Positions 19,667 to 29,600 of a stretch of DNA of 64,000 nucleotides are shown one piece after another. Made by a program: the position numbers and the translations under genes. This DNA comes from Flavobacteriales bacterium. Its GTDB lineage: Bacteria > Bacteroidota > Bacteroidia > Flavobacteriales_G > JALEGO01. The notes beneath the pieces are model-generated. The model made no database searches. It saw only the letters and a list, made by a program, of their open reading frames with translations, and was not told the DNA's origin. The first letter of the stretch is position 1, and each line of letters opens with the position of its first letter. The stretch is taken from positions 5,588 to 69,587 of the forward strand of contig JAHDCS010000004.1 of assembly GCA_020629755.1 (NCBI GenBank), given 5' to 3'.

Positions 19667-19957
19667 ATGACTAAAGCAGAAATAGTTTCGAAGATATCAG
19701 ATAAAACAGGCGTAGAAAAGAAGACAACTCTTGCGGTTGTTGAAGCTTTTATGAATACCGTTAAATCTTCTATGGAAGACGGGAAAAACGTTTATTTAAG
19801 AGGATTCGGAAGTTTTATTATCAAAACAAGAGCTGAGAAAACAGGTAGAAATATCTCTCAAAACAAGAGTATTACTATTCCGGCGCACAATATTCCGGCA
19901 TTCAAACCTGCTAAGACATTTGTAAGTCGAATTAAATCTAAAGTAAAGGTTAAGTAA
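19667..19957 (+). CDS. HU/IHF family DNA-binding protein
   Basis: MTKAEIV...LRGFGSF...R.GRN..T...I.IP....P.FKP is the canonical HU fold signature. Confidence 0.9.
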   Translation: MTKAEIVSKISDKTGVEKKTTLAVVEAFMNTVKSSMEDGKNVYLRGFGSFIIKTRAEKTGRNISQNKSITIPAHNIPAFKPAKTFVSRIKSKVKVK

Positions 19958-19960
19958 TTC

Positions 19961-20464
19961 TTGAAGGGTAAAGGGTCATATTTTTTATTAATTGCCATTG
20001 GCTTTTCGTTAGCAATGGTGATGTCTTTTTTTCCGTATAAACCTAAAATAAAAGGGAAAGAAGGCGTTTTAAATTCGACCGTTTTACATTCAAACGATAC
20101 GCCAAGTGTGAAAACTGCTGTTGATCTTGTTAAAAACAATAGCAATCCCATGCAAGGCATACGTATGCTAAAAGAAATTGCAGAAAAAGAGCCTTCAAAC
20201 ACAGAAGCGCTCTCATACCTTGCTTTATTTTCACTGCAATCTAATCAAACAGAAAAAGCCATTCAGAGATTTGAAGAAGTTATAGAAGTAGATTCTAATA
20301 ACATTCAAGCGCTTTATTTTTTGATTGGGCTCTATGCAGATCAAAATAAAAAAGAACGTGCAAAATTTTATTTTGAAAAATTTAAGGATGTAAACACAGA
20401 TAAGCAATTGCTTGAAAGTGTTTCAGAAAAAGTAGATCAAATATTAACGATAGAAAAAAATTAA
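19961..20464 (+). CDS. Tetratricopeptide-repeat protein with an N-terminal membrane anchor
   Basis: It has a hydrophobic N-terminus. TPR-like EALSYLALFSLQSNQTEKAIQRFEEVIEVDSNNIQALYFLIGLY is present. The start codon is TTG. Confidence 0.55.
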   Translation: MKGKGSYFLLIAIGFSLAMVMSFFPYKPKIKGKEGVLNSTVLHSNDTPSVKTAVDLVKNNSNPMQGIRMLKEIAEKEPSNTEALSYLALFSLQSNQTEKAIQRFEEVIEVDSNNIQALYFLIGLYADQNKKERAKFYFEKFKDVNTDKQLLESVSEKVDQILTIEKN

Positions 20465-20466
20465 TT

Positions 20467-20556
20467 ATGCCAAGCGGTAAAAAAAGAAAGAGACATAAGA
20501 TGGCTACTCATAAACGAAAGAAAAGACTAAGAAAAAACAGACACAAGAAAAAGTAA
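20467..20556 (+). CDS. 29-aa highly basic micro-protein, probable ribosomal protein bS22 (AURKAIP1/COX24-like)
   Basis: It is too short for the ORF track. The translation is MPSGKKRKRHKMATHKRKKRLRKNRHKKK. It sits 30 nt upstream of rng. Confidence 0.6.
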   Translation: MPSGKKRKRHKMATHKRKKRLRKNRHKKK

Positions 20557-20586
20557 TTTTTTCGTTTTATAATTTAAATTTCTTTT

Positions 20587-22137
20587 ATGGCTAGTTCTTT
20601 GATCGTAGATCACAAAGAATCTGGTGTAGAAATTGCCCTATTAAAAGACCAAAAGTTAGTTGAATTTCACAAAGAGAATACAGAAATAAATTATCATGTA
20701 GGTGATGTTTATTTAGGACGTATTCGGAAATTTTCACCAGGAATTAATGCAGCGTTTGTAGACATTGGATACGGCAAAGATGCATTTTTACATTACCACG
20801 ACTTAGGTCCTCAGGTCCTTACATACATAAAGTATGTCAATGGCGTTATAGACGGCAGTATCACTTCACCAGATATAGGTAAATTTTCTCGGGAAAAATC
20901 AACCGATAAAAACGGAAAAATAGACGTTGTTCTAAAAAAAGAAGTGCGTTTGTTGGTTCAGGTTTCTAAGGAGCCCATCTCTACAAAAGGCGCTCGTATT
21001 ACAGCTGAAATCACTTTTGCTGGACGGTACTTGGTTTTAGTGCCCTTTTCAAATCGTATTTCTGTTTCTTCTCGTGTGAGGAATAAAGAAGAAAAAGATA
21101 GGCTAGTGCGTCTAATGAAAAGCATTAAGCCCAAAAACTTTGGGGTGATTGTTAGAACGGTTGCACAAGAGGTAAAAGCCGCTGATTTAGATGCCGATTT
21201 AAAATCACTCGTAGAAAAGTGGAATACATGTTTTAATAGCATTAAAAACTTCACATATGGCCAAAAGGTGGTGGGTGAGATGGATAAGGTTTCGGCTTAT
21301 TTAAGAGATATGCTAACGCCTTCATTTAACCAAATTGTGGTGAATGATAAGTCAATTAAGGAAGAGCTAACGGATTATCTAGGAAAAATAGCCAAAGGCA
21401 AAGAAAAAATAGTAAAATATTACGATGGGCAGATGCCTATTTTTGATAAATATAAAGTTGAAAGTCAAGTGAAACAATCTTTTGGAAAAACAGTGATGAT
21501 GAAAAGTGGGGCCTATTTGGTTATTGAACATACCGAAGCCTTACATGTAATAGATGTAAATAGTGGGGCCACATCTCGAAAAAAAGAAGACGGAGAATCA
21601 AATGCCCTTCGCGTAAATTTAGAATCAGCAGAAGAAGTGGCGCGTCAACTCAGGTTGCGAGATATGGGGGGCATTATTGTAGTTGATTTTATTGACATGC
21701 GTCAAGATAAAAACCGTAAACAACTTTACGGAAAAATGAAAGAATTGCTCAAAAAAGAAAAAGTAAAACACAGCGTGCTTCCCTTGAGCCGGTTTGGGCT
21801 GATGCAAATCACAAGAGAGCGTGTACGCCCAGTTATGAATATTGACACTACAGAGGTCTGTCCTTCTTGTAACGGAAAAGGAAAGGTAGAAACAAGTAGT
21901 ATAGTGGCAACAGATCATATTTTTAATAGCTTAAGAGAATTAGTAACCAAAAAGCCATCTGAAAATATAACCATTGTCGTTCATCCATTTTTAGAATCAT
22001 ATCTAAACAAAGGGTTTCCGTCAATGGCGTTTAAATGGCGTTTAAAGCTGAAGAAAAGTTTTAATGTAAAATCAGCCGATTCTAATGAGCTTTTAGAATA
22101 TTACTTTGTAAATAAAAAAGGAGAGGCTTTAGAATAG
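20587..22137 (+). CDS. rng: Ribonuclease E/G family (RNase G)
   Basis: It has the S1 domain VGDVYLGRIRKFSPGINAAFVDIG. The catalytic-core motif HVIDVNSG and the Zn-link CPSCNGKG are present. Confidence 0.9.
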   Translation: MASSLIVDHKESGVEIALLKDQKLVEFHKENTEINYHVGDVYLGRIRKFSPGINAAFVDIGYGKDAFLHYHDLGPQVLTYIKYVNGVIDGSITSPDIGKFSREKSTDKNGKIDVVLKKEVRLLVQVSKEPISTKGARITAEITFAGRYLVLVPFSNRISVSSRVRNKEEKDRLVRLMKSIKPKNFGVIVRTVAQEVKAADLDADLKSLVEKWNTCFNSIKNFTYGQKVVGEMDKVSAYLRDMLTPSFNQIVVNDKSIKEELTDYLGKIAKGKEKIVKYYDGQMPIFDKYKVESQVKQSFGKTVMMKSGAYLVIEHTEALHVIDVNSGATSRKKEDGESNALRVNLESAEEVARQLRLRDMGGIIVVDFIDMRQDKNRKQLYGKMKELLKKEKVKHSVLPLSRFGLMQITRERVRPVMNIDTTEVCPSCNGKGKVETSSIVATDHIFNSLRELVTKKPSENITIVVHPFLESYLNKGFPSMAFKWRLKLKKSFNVKSADSNELLEYYFVNKKGEALE

Positions 22138-22177
22138 ATAAACCTTAACTTAAAACACTTTACAGCAGATATTAAAG

Positions 22178-23074
22178 GTGATAGATAAACAAGAGCATTT
22201 GATCCCTATGCAAAAGAGTCTATTTACTTTTCTTAGCTTATTTATTGAATTAACTAAGCCAACATTAACCCTTTTAGTGGTTATTAGCTCAGTGATTGGG
22301 TACCTTATGGGCACCACTACCCCTACTTTATTAGGAGTTTTTGTGTTGGGAATCTCAGGGTATTTGGTTACAGCCTCCGCAAACACCTTTAACCAAATTA
22401 TTGAAAAAGAGCTTGACAAAAAAATGAAGCGCACTCAAATGCGCCCCCTGCCCACAAACAAAATTTCAGTGCAAACTGCATTCTTATTTGCTGGCCTAAT
22501 GCTTTTAGTAGGGCTTTTTTTATTGTTTTATTTTTTTAATCTTACGGCTACACTTTTGAGTTTTCTTTCTTGGTTCTTATATGTGATGGTTTATACACCA
22601 CTTAAACAAAAGTCATCTCTATGTGTGTTGGTGGGGGCATTTCCAGGGGCATTTCCGCCAATGCTTGGTTACGTGGCTGCTAGCGGTTCTTTTGGGTTAA
22701 TACCTGGTTTATTATTTTTAATGCAATTTGCTTGGCAATTCCCACATTTTTGGGCGATTGCCTGGAGGCAAAACAAACAATACACTATGGCGGGCTTTAA
22801 AATGCTACCTCTTCAGGGCGGGTGCTCAAAAAAGAATGCTAAAATAATTTTATTGTATACTCTTTTCACACTTCCGGCTAGTGTATTGATTTACACCTAT
22901 CATATATCAGGTGTTTTATATCTTATGACAGCTATTTTAATGAGTATTTGGTTTAGTTATTTTGCATTTAGATTGTATGTTTCACTTGATCAAAAATGGG
23001 CCTTAAAACTAATGTTTGCTTCGTTTGTTTACCTGCCAGTATTGCAAGTAATGATGTATATTGATAAACTTTAA
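22178..23074 (+). CDS. cyoE: Protoheme IX farnesyltransferase (heme O synthase)
   Basis: It has a UbiA-family motif (NQIIEKELDKKMKRTQMRPLP) and a multi-TM profile. An alternative ATG lies at 22208. Confidence 0.9.
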   Translation: MIDKQEHLIPMQKSLFTFLSLFIELTKPTLTLLVVISSVIGYLMGTTTPTLLGVFVLGISGYLVTASANTFNQIIEKELDKKMKRTQMRPLPTNKISVQTAFLFAGLMLLVGLFLLFYFFNLTATLLSFLSWFLYVMVYTPLKQKSSLCVLVGAFPGAFPPMLGYVAASGSFGLIPGLLFLMQFAWQFPHFWAIAWRQNKQYTMAGFKMLPLQGGCSKKNAKIILLYTLFTLPASVLIYTYHISGVLYLMTAILMSIWFSYFAFRLYVSLDQKWALKLMFASFVYLPVLQVMMYIDKL

Positions 23075-23079
23075 TAGTT

Positions 23080-23652
23080 ATGGAGTCTGCTGCACATATG
23101 ATGATTCAAAAAGAAAAAGCCAGAACAGCTCTTTTGTGGTTAGGGGTTGTCTCTATTACAATGCTTTTTGGCGCCTTTACTAGCGCCTATATTGTAAGTA
23201 TGGGGTCAAAAAACTGGATGGTATTTGATTTACCTGTGTGGTTTTATTATAGTACCGCGTGTATAGTATTAAGTTCACTAGCAGTGTATATGGCACAAAG
23301 AACTATTCAAAAAGGCAATCCAAAAAATCTTTCGTTATGGATGATCGTTTCTTTTGTATTCGCCCTATTATTTATTTTATTTCAGTTTAACGGCTGGCAC
23401 TCACTTACCGAGCAAGGCGTTTATTTTACAGGAAGTACATCTTCATTATCGGGCTCTTATTTGTTTGTGCTTACAGGCTTACATATTGTACATGTCTTTG
23501 CAGGTATTTTGGCACTTATTATTACGCTTTTTAAGGCGATCAAAAACGCATACACCCAAGAAAATCACGGGGGGGTAAAACGATTTGCAATTTATTGGCA
23601 TTTTCTTACTTTCTTATGGGTGTATTTACTTCTTTTTTTAGAATATGTATAA
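23080..23652 (+). CDS. Cytochrome c oxidase subunit III family protein (short form)
   Basis: It has 5 TM segments. Motifs LTGLHIVHVFAGI and YWHFLTFLWVYL are present. Confidence 0.8.
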   Translation: MESAAHMMIQKEKARTALLWLGVVSITMLFGAFTSAYIVSMGSKNWMVFDLPVWFYYSTACIVLSSLAVYMAQRTIQKGNPKNLSLWMIVSFVFALLFILFQFNGWHSLTEQGVYFTGSTSSLSGSYLFVLTGLHIVHVFAGILALIITLFKAIKNAYTQENHGGVKRFAIYWHFLTFLWVYLLLFLEYV

Positions 23653-23716
23653 ACTAAGAAGAATATTCTTTTTTTACGGTATAATTATTTAACATTGCAC
23701 TAAAGAGTCGTTCTAT

Positions 23717-24748
23717 ATGGGTTCGCACGCAAGCAAACAAATCGATTTAAACACCCTTTGGGGGGGTAAGATATCTCCTTTTTCTGTGAGTTACGGAAAA
23801 ATGATGATGTGGTTTTTTTTAGTGTCAGATGCATTGACCTTCAGTGGTTTACTGATTGCTGTTGGTTTTTTTAGACACAAGTACGCTAATATTTGGCCGG
23901 TTTCAGAAGAAGTATTTCACGCTTTGCCTTTTATGGGGCACAAGCACTTTCCGTTGATTTATGTAGCGCTTATGACTTTTATATTGATCGTAAGTTCTGT
24001 GACTATGGTTTTAGCTGTTGAAGCAGGTCATAGAAAAGACAAAAAAGGGATAATAAAGTGGTTGTTTTTAACCGTTATTGGCGGATTGTTTTTCTTGCTT
24101 TCACAGGTTTGGGAATGGTCGCACTTTATTCACGGTTCAGATATTGGGGCTGTAAAAGTACATGGAGAGATATTAAAAGAGTATGGCATAAAAGAGCAGA
24201 GTATTGTAGGGCACGGAGTCATTGCACAATGGGCAGATGCGGATGGACATAAGTTAGAATACATCGAAAAACTACCACTTAATGAAGCTCAAAAAGAAAA
24301 AATAGAAGAGCTGACACATCATTTACACCATGCTTCAGATTATACCCCTGAAGAGTTAGCCCCAATAAACAAAGAATACTTAGCCTTAATGGAATCTTTA
24401 GGCTTACACCTTCGCTTACCTTCAAAAGCAGAAGATGGGAAGTACTACATCCTTACTAAAGAACAACAAAAAGCGCTATTACGTACAGGAAAACCTGTTT
24501 TTGGTGCCAATCTTTATGAGAACGAATATGGCGCAAAACAATACGGTCAATTCTTCTTTTTTGTGACTGGCTTTCATGGCTTTCACGTTTTTAGTGGCGT
24601 GATTATTAACCTTTTGATTTTAATCAACGTAGTAAAAGGCAGATACGACAAACGAGGCCATTATGAAATGGTTGAAAAAACAGGCCTTTACTGGCACTTT
24701 GTTGATTTGGTTTGGGTGTTTGTATTTACTTTTTTCTACCTGGTTTAA
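23717..24748 (+). CDS. Cytochrome c oxidase subunit III (long form with a ~135-aa soluble insertion)
   Basis: Motifs TGFHGFHVFSGV and YWHFVDLVWVFVF are present. The insertion spans residues ~141-277. Confidence 0.85.
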   Translation: MGSHASKQIDLNTLWGGKISPFSVSYGKMMMWFFLVSDALTFSGLLIAVGFFRHKYANIWPVSEEVFHALPFMGHKHFPLIYVALMTFILIVSSVTMVLAVEAGHRKDKKGIIKWLFLTVIGGLFFLLSQVWEWSHFIHGSDIGAVKVHGEILKEYGIKEQSIVGHGVIAQWADADGHKLEYIEKLPLNEAQKEKIEELTHHLHHASDYTPEELAPINKEYLALMESLGLHLRLPSKAEDGKYYILTKEQQKALLRTGKPVFGANLYENEYGAKQYGQFFFFVTGFHGFHVFSGVIINLLILINVVKGRYDKRGHYEMVEKTGLYWHFVDLVWVFVFTFFYLV

Positions 24749-24760
24749 TCCCTAAATAAA

Positions 24761-25111
24761 ATGGAAAGAGACGACGTTATAGAATATTCATTAGATGCCC
24801 ATCACTCTGAAGAAGAGGGTAAGAAGATTCGCAGTAAAATTTATAAAGTAACACTAGCTTTATCTGTTCTAACCATTATAGAAGTAGGTTTAGGAATTAT
24901 TGCAAGTGGTTGGTATGGGGTAAGCTGGGAAGTAGTTAAATACACCTTTATCGTACTTACGATTATCAAAGCTTATATGATTGTGATGACTTTCATGCAC
25001 CTTGGCGATGAGCGCAAAAACCTCAGATGGGCAGTGATTATTCCGTATTTGTTTTTTGCAGCGTATTTGATTTTTATATGCCTCTATGAGGGTGCTGCTA
25101 AAATGCCTTAA
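24761..25111 (+). CDS. Cytochrome c oxidase subunit IV family (caa3-type small subunit)
   Basis: It is a 116-aa, 3-TM protein with the FMHLGDERKNLRW motif. It lies directly after the subunit III genes. Confidence 0.7.
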   Translation: MERDDVIEYSLDAHHSEEEGKKIRSKIYKVTLALSVLTIIEVGLGIIASGWYGVSWEVVKYTFIVLTIIKAYMIVMTFMHLGDERKNLRWAVIIPYLFFAAYLIFICLYEGAAKMP

Positions 25112-25116
25112 TTTCC

Positions 25117-25773
25117 TTGGAAGGCTTTAAGAAATACCTCGTACTATTTCTTATTCTGTTATTTCCGTCTCTATTGTATGTCTTTCTGTCAAAAGGCAAG
25201 CACAATTTTATTTCTCTTCAAAAATTTGGGCCTAAAGAACTAAGTTTAAATGGCGATACGCTTTATCATACCATCCCTGAATTTTCTTTTTTAAATCAAG
25301 ACAGCATTGTTTTTCAGAGTACAGCATCCTCCCAAAAATTTATAATAGCCAATTTCTTTTTTAGCACCTGTAAAACAATTTGTATTCCAATGAACAATGA
25401 AATGCAACGTGTTTATCATCAGTTTACAGACAGAGACGATCTACAATTTTTAAGCTTTACTGTAGACCCGCAGACAGACTCGCCTTCTACGCTCAAAGAA
25501 TACAGTAAAAGATTTAATAATATTGATGCGTCAAAATGGCAATTTTTAACAGGTCAAAAAAATGACTTATATACCTTAGCGCAAAAAAGTTTTTTTCTAT
25601 CAGCCATTGAAGACACGACTCTGCCTGATTTTATTCATGACGATAGAATTGTATTGGTCGATAAACATCGAATCATTAGAGGGTTTTACACCTCTACTAA
25701 AAAAGAAGAAGTAGATCGTTTGATTGATGAAATTAAGGTGCTGATGGCTGAAGAGCAAATCCCTAAAAAGTAA
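25117..25773 (+). CDS. SCO1/SenC family copper chaperone
   Basis: It has an N-terminal TM and a thioredoxin-like fold with a CKTIC (CxxxC) motif. H in the DFIHDDRIVLVD region is also present. The start codon is TTG. Confidence 0.8.
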   Translation: MEGFKKYLVLFLILLFPSLLYVFLSKGKHNFISLQKFGPKELSLNGDTLYHTIPEFSFLNQDSIVFQSTASSQKFIIANFFFSTCKTICIPMNNEMQRVYHQFTDRDDLQFLSFTVDPQTDSPSTLKEYSKRFNNIDASKWQFLTGQKNDLYTLAQKSFFLSAIEDTTLPDFIHDDRIVLVDKHRIIRGFYTSTKKEEVDRLIDEIKVLMAEEQIPKK

Positions 25774-26285
25774 TGATGCAACACAAAAGAGTCATACAAA
25801 TACTCTCTGTAGCCATTCCATTAGTGGTGGCTATTTTGTTCGGGATGCCAAAAGTTGAAGGGGTAAATACGCGTTTTTTACCGCCTATTTATGCGGCTAT
25901 AAATGGAGTAACAGCCTTTTTGTTAATAGGTGCTTTATGGGCGGTTAAAACAAAACGCATAGCCACGCATAAGGCACTAATTACAATATGCTTGGGTCTT
26001 TCTGCACTTTTTTTGATATGCTATGTGGCGTATCATTTAACCAATGAGTCGACCCCGTATCTAGGTCAAGATCCCTTATTCAGAGGGTTTTATTATGTTG
26101 TTTTGATCTCTCATATCATACTTTCAATACTGGTTATTCCGTTTGTGTTAACCACTTATAGTAAGGCTTTACTGACTGATTTTAAAGCCCATAAAAAATG
26201 GGCGCGTTATGCGTTTCCGCTTTGGTTATATGTCGCTGTTTCAGGTGTTATTGTATATCTAATGATTTCTCCTTATTATGCTTAA
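25773..26285 (+). CDS. DUF420 (CtaM-like) membrane protein
   Basis: It is a 170-aa protein with 4-5 TM segments. Its position after SCO in the oxidase assembly cluster fits this call. Its ATG overlaps the SCO stop (TAATG). Confidence 0.7.
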   Translation: MMQHKRVIQILSVAIPLVVAILFGMPKVEGVNTRFLPPIYAAINGVTAFLLIGALWAVKTKRIATHKALITICLGLSALFLICYVAYHLTNESTPYLGQDPLFRGFYYVVLISHIILSILVIPFVLTTYSKALLTDFKAHKKWARYAFPLWLYVAVSGVIVYLMISPYYA

Positions 26286-26529
26286 AAAAGGGCTATTCAT
26301 AGTATTTTTTTTAGGGGGGATGTATCTATTTTTAGACGCTGAACTTATGGCGCAGTGTGCTATGTGCAAGGAGAATCTTAAAAATGATATCCAAACTGGC
26401 GGCGGAGTGGGTAAAAACATCAATAATGCCATTCTTTATATCATGGTTATCCCGTATATCTTGATTTTTATAGTCGGATACATCCTTTATAAAAACTACA
26501 AAAAAGAACAGCCTAAATCAGCAAGATAA
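26278..26529 (+). CDS. 83-aa membrane micro-protein with a CAMC (CxxC) motif, unknown function
   Basis: An N-terminal hydrophobic segment is followed by AQCAMCKENL, then a C-terminal TM. There is an 8-nt overlap with the DUF420 gene. Confidence 0.5.
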   Translation: MLKKGLFIVFFLGGMYLFLDAELMAQCAMCKENLKNDIQTGGGVGKNINNAILYIMVIPYILIFIVGYILYKNYKKEQPKSAR

Positions 26530-26645
26530 ACATTGGGTTGTGAATAAAATTAAGTACCCATAAGGTTCTTTAGTTAAATCATTGTTTTACATTAGTTATG
26601 TTAACTGTATCTAGGGTATTCTTAGGTATATTTTGATTGATCAAA

Positions 26646-29600
26646 ATGATAAAAAAAGTATTTGTAGCTTTTGGTTTTTTATTTTTTATACTGGGCTTAA
26701 GCATTTCTTTTTCACAAGTCAATATTACAAGCACCGTACCGCAAGATGTGTCTTGTTTTGGGGTGTGTGATGGCAAGCTAACCATTACCTATAATAGTTC
26801 TGGGGTGGGTCCTTTTGAAATTACAGCCACTAACGGAGCGGTAGGGTACTCTTCGAAAGATACCACAGCTGCGCTTACCTATACCATTGATGATCTTTGC
26901 GCCGCAAGTACCCCTTACGGATTGCAAGTAAAAGACCTTTCAACCAATCAGTCTAATGGGGGTGGAGCAGTGATTTCAGGCCCCTTGGAAATAGTAATTA
27001 ATACCATATCAAATACAGCAGCACAGTGTTTTGATTCTTGTGACGGATCCATTACGCTGGCCTTGTTTGGTGATGGCCCGTTTAATTATGCTTGGAGCAG
27101 TGGAGGCATGGGTTCAGTAGGCTCGTTTACTAATATTTCAGAATCTGATCTTTGTGCAGGCGAGTACACCATTACCGTTGAAGATAACAATGGGTGTACC
27201 ACAGTTTTTGATAAAGACGATGAGTCTGATTTTGAAATTCCAGAACCTTTGGGCTTAAGCATTAATTTTAACACAACAGATCCTTCATGTGCCGGTGAAG
27301 ACGACGGGCAAATCATAGCAAATGTTACAGGCGGAACTGTTTTGGGGGGTTATACCTATGACTGGTCTGGTAGTCCGACAGGAGATGGCACAAACACCAT
27401 TACAGGTCTTGTGCAAGGAAACTACACTCTATCTGTGACGGATGATAATGGATGTCCGGGTGAAGCGTCTACGTCTTTAACAGATCCTTTAGCGATTGAT
27501 ATTGATACATTTATCACCAATGTAGATTGTAATGGAGCAAGCACAGGGAGCATCCGTTTAGAAGTTTCAGGCGGTTTAGCCCCTTATGCTTTTAATTGGA
27601 GTACAGGCGCTACTATTGACTCTATTACAAATCAACCGGCAAACAGTTATGATGTGACGGTCACTGACAATAACGGCGCTGGGTCTTGCCCAGTAGAACT
27701 GACTATAGAGATTACTGAACCTACAGAATTAATCAGCGGAAAAGGAGAGGTTTCTATTGAATGCAACGGAGATTTAACAGGTAAAGCCTATGTATCTCCT
27801 TCAGGCGGAACTCCACCGTATGACATTCTATGGATTAATACAGCGACCACAGACACCATATCAGGTTTAGCCGCCTTTTCTCCTGGGTATGATGTCACCA
27901 TTACAGATGGCAATGATTGTCAAATCACAGAAACGGTTGAAGTCACACAAAATCCACCAATTGTATCAGATTTAAACTTTCAAAATATTTCTTGTTTTGG
28001 ATTTGGTGATGGTTATGTAGCTGTTGATCCTTCTGGCGGAGCAGGCGTCCCGTTTTCTTATACTTGGTCAGTACCTTCTGGAAATGTAGATTCTATCGGA
28101 GATTTATCTGCTGGCACCTATTTTGTAACCATCGAAGATGCCGCTGGTTGTGAATTAATTGAAAGTCAATTTATTTCTGAACCTCCAGCTTTTGATCTTG
28201 GGTTTAGCTCTACAGATGTAACTTGTTTTGGCGCATCAGATGGAGCTGCTGTATCGTCTCCTTCAGGAGGTACTTTGCCTTATACATTTACCTGGGAAGA
28301 TCCTTCTTCTAATCCATTAACTACAGTTCCTGGAAGTGGCGATAGTGCGGTTGCCGATTTAACTGGAGGTAACGGGTATTCTTTAACTGTGACAGACAAT
28401 GCAGGGTGTTTTTTAGTTGAAACTTTTGATGTTGTAGAAGACGGCCAATTGTTTTTTAATATTTCTTTAACCAATAATATTTGCTTCGGAGATGAAAATG
28501 GCCTCGCCTCTTCAAATGTGTCTGGTGGCACACTACCCTATAACTACGCTTGGTCAACTACTGAAACAACCCCATCTATTTCAGGTTTAGCTTCTGGAAG
28601 TTATGATCTTACAATAACAGATGCTTCAGCTTGTACTTATGATACAACTATTGTAATCACAGAAGGCAGTGAAATTTTATCTAATATCACTAAAGTAGAT
28701 GCCAGCTGTAATCAATGTGATGGTACAGCAAGCACAGCTTTAGCAGGAGGATCAGGTACACTTAGTCATCAATGGACTTTTACAGATGTTAATGGGCCTA
28801 ACCAAACTTCAAATGGAGCTTTAATCACAGATCTTTGTGAGGGAACAGTATATATAGATATTACAGACCAAAATACAGGTTGTATACTTCGTGATAGCGT
28901 TGCTATCGAAGAGCCAGATAATATTGATGTGAATCCTGATTCGTCAAACGTAACTTGTGTAGGGTTTAGTGATGGATCTGCAACGGTTACACCTGCAGGG
29001 GGGATGCCTTTCGCAGGTACGGATTATAATTTTGAGTGGTCTACCGGCCCAGGTGATAATTCAACAGGTGCTACCGCTACCATATCAGGCCTTTCAGCAG
29101 GCACATACACGGTTTCTATTATAGATGCCGAGCCTTGTACCACCACTTACACATTTACCATTCAGACAGAATCTGACATCTCACTTACAGCAGATGTAGA
29201 TAGTGCTGCATGTAATACGATTCAGGACGGTGAAATTGTGGTACATGCTATTAATGGTGTAGCACCTTATAATTTTGATATTGGATCAGGTACAGGTACA
29301 GATAGTACGTTTTCTGGATTAGCTGAAGGCGATTACACTATTAGTGTGACAGATGCCAATACTTGTTTAAAAACGATTGATGTCCGTGTGGGTGCAAATG
29401 TGGTTTTAGAGGCGAGTATCTCAAAGGTTGAATTAGATTGCTTTGGAGAGGCAAACGGCAGAATGGATATCAATCCTTTTGGGGGATCAGGGCCTTATAG
29501 TTATATATGGAGTCATGATGCATTACTTACTAGTGATGTGGCTGCTGGACTTTCAGAAAACACCTATTTCATTACAGTTAATGATGCCAACGGATGTGAA

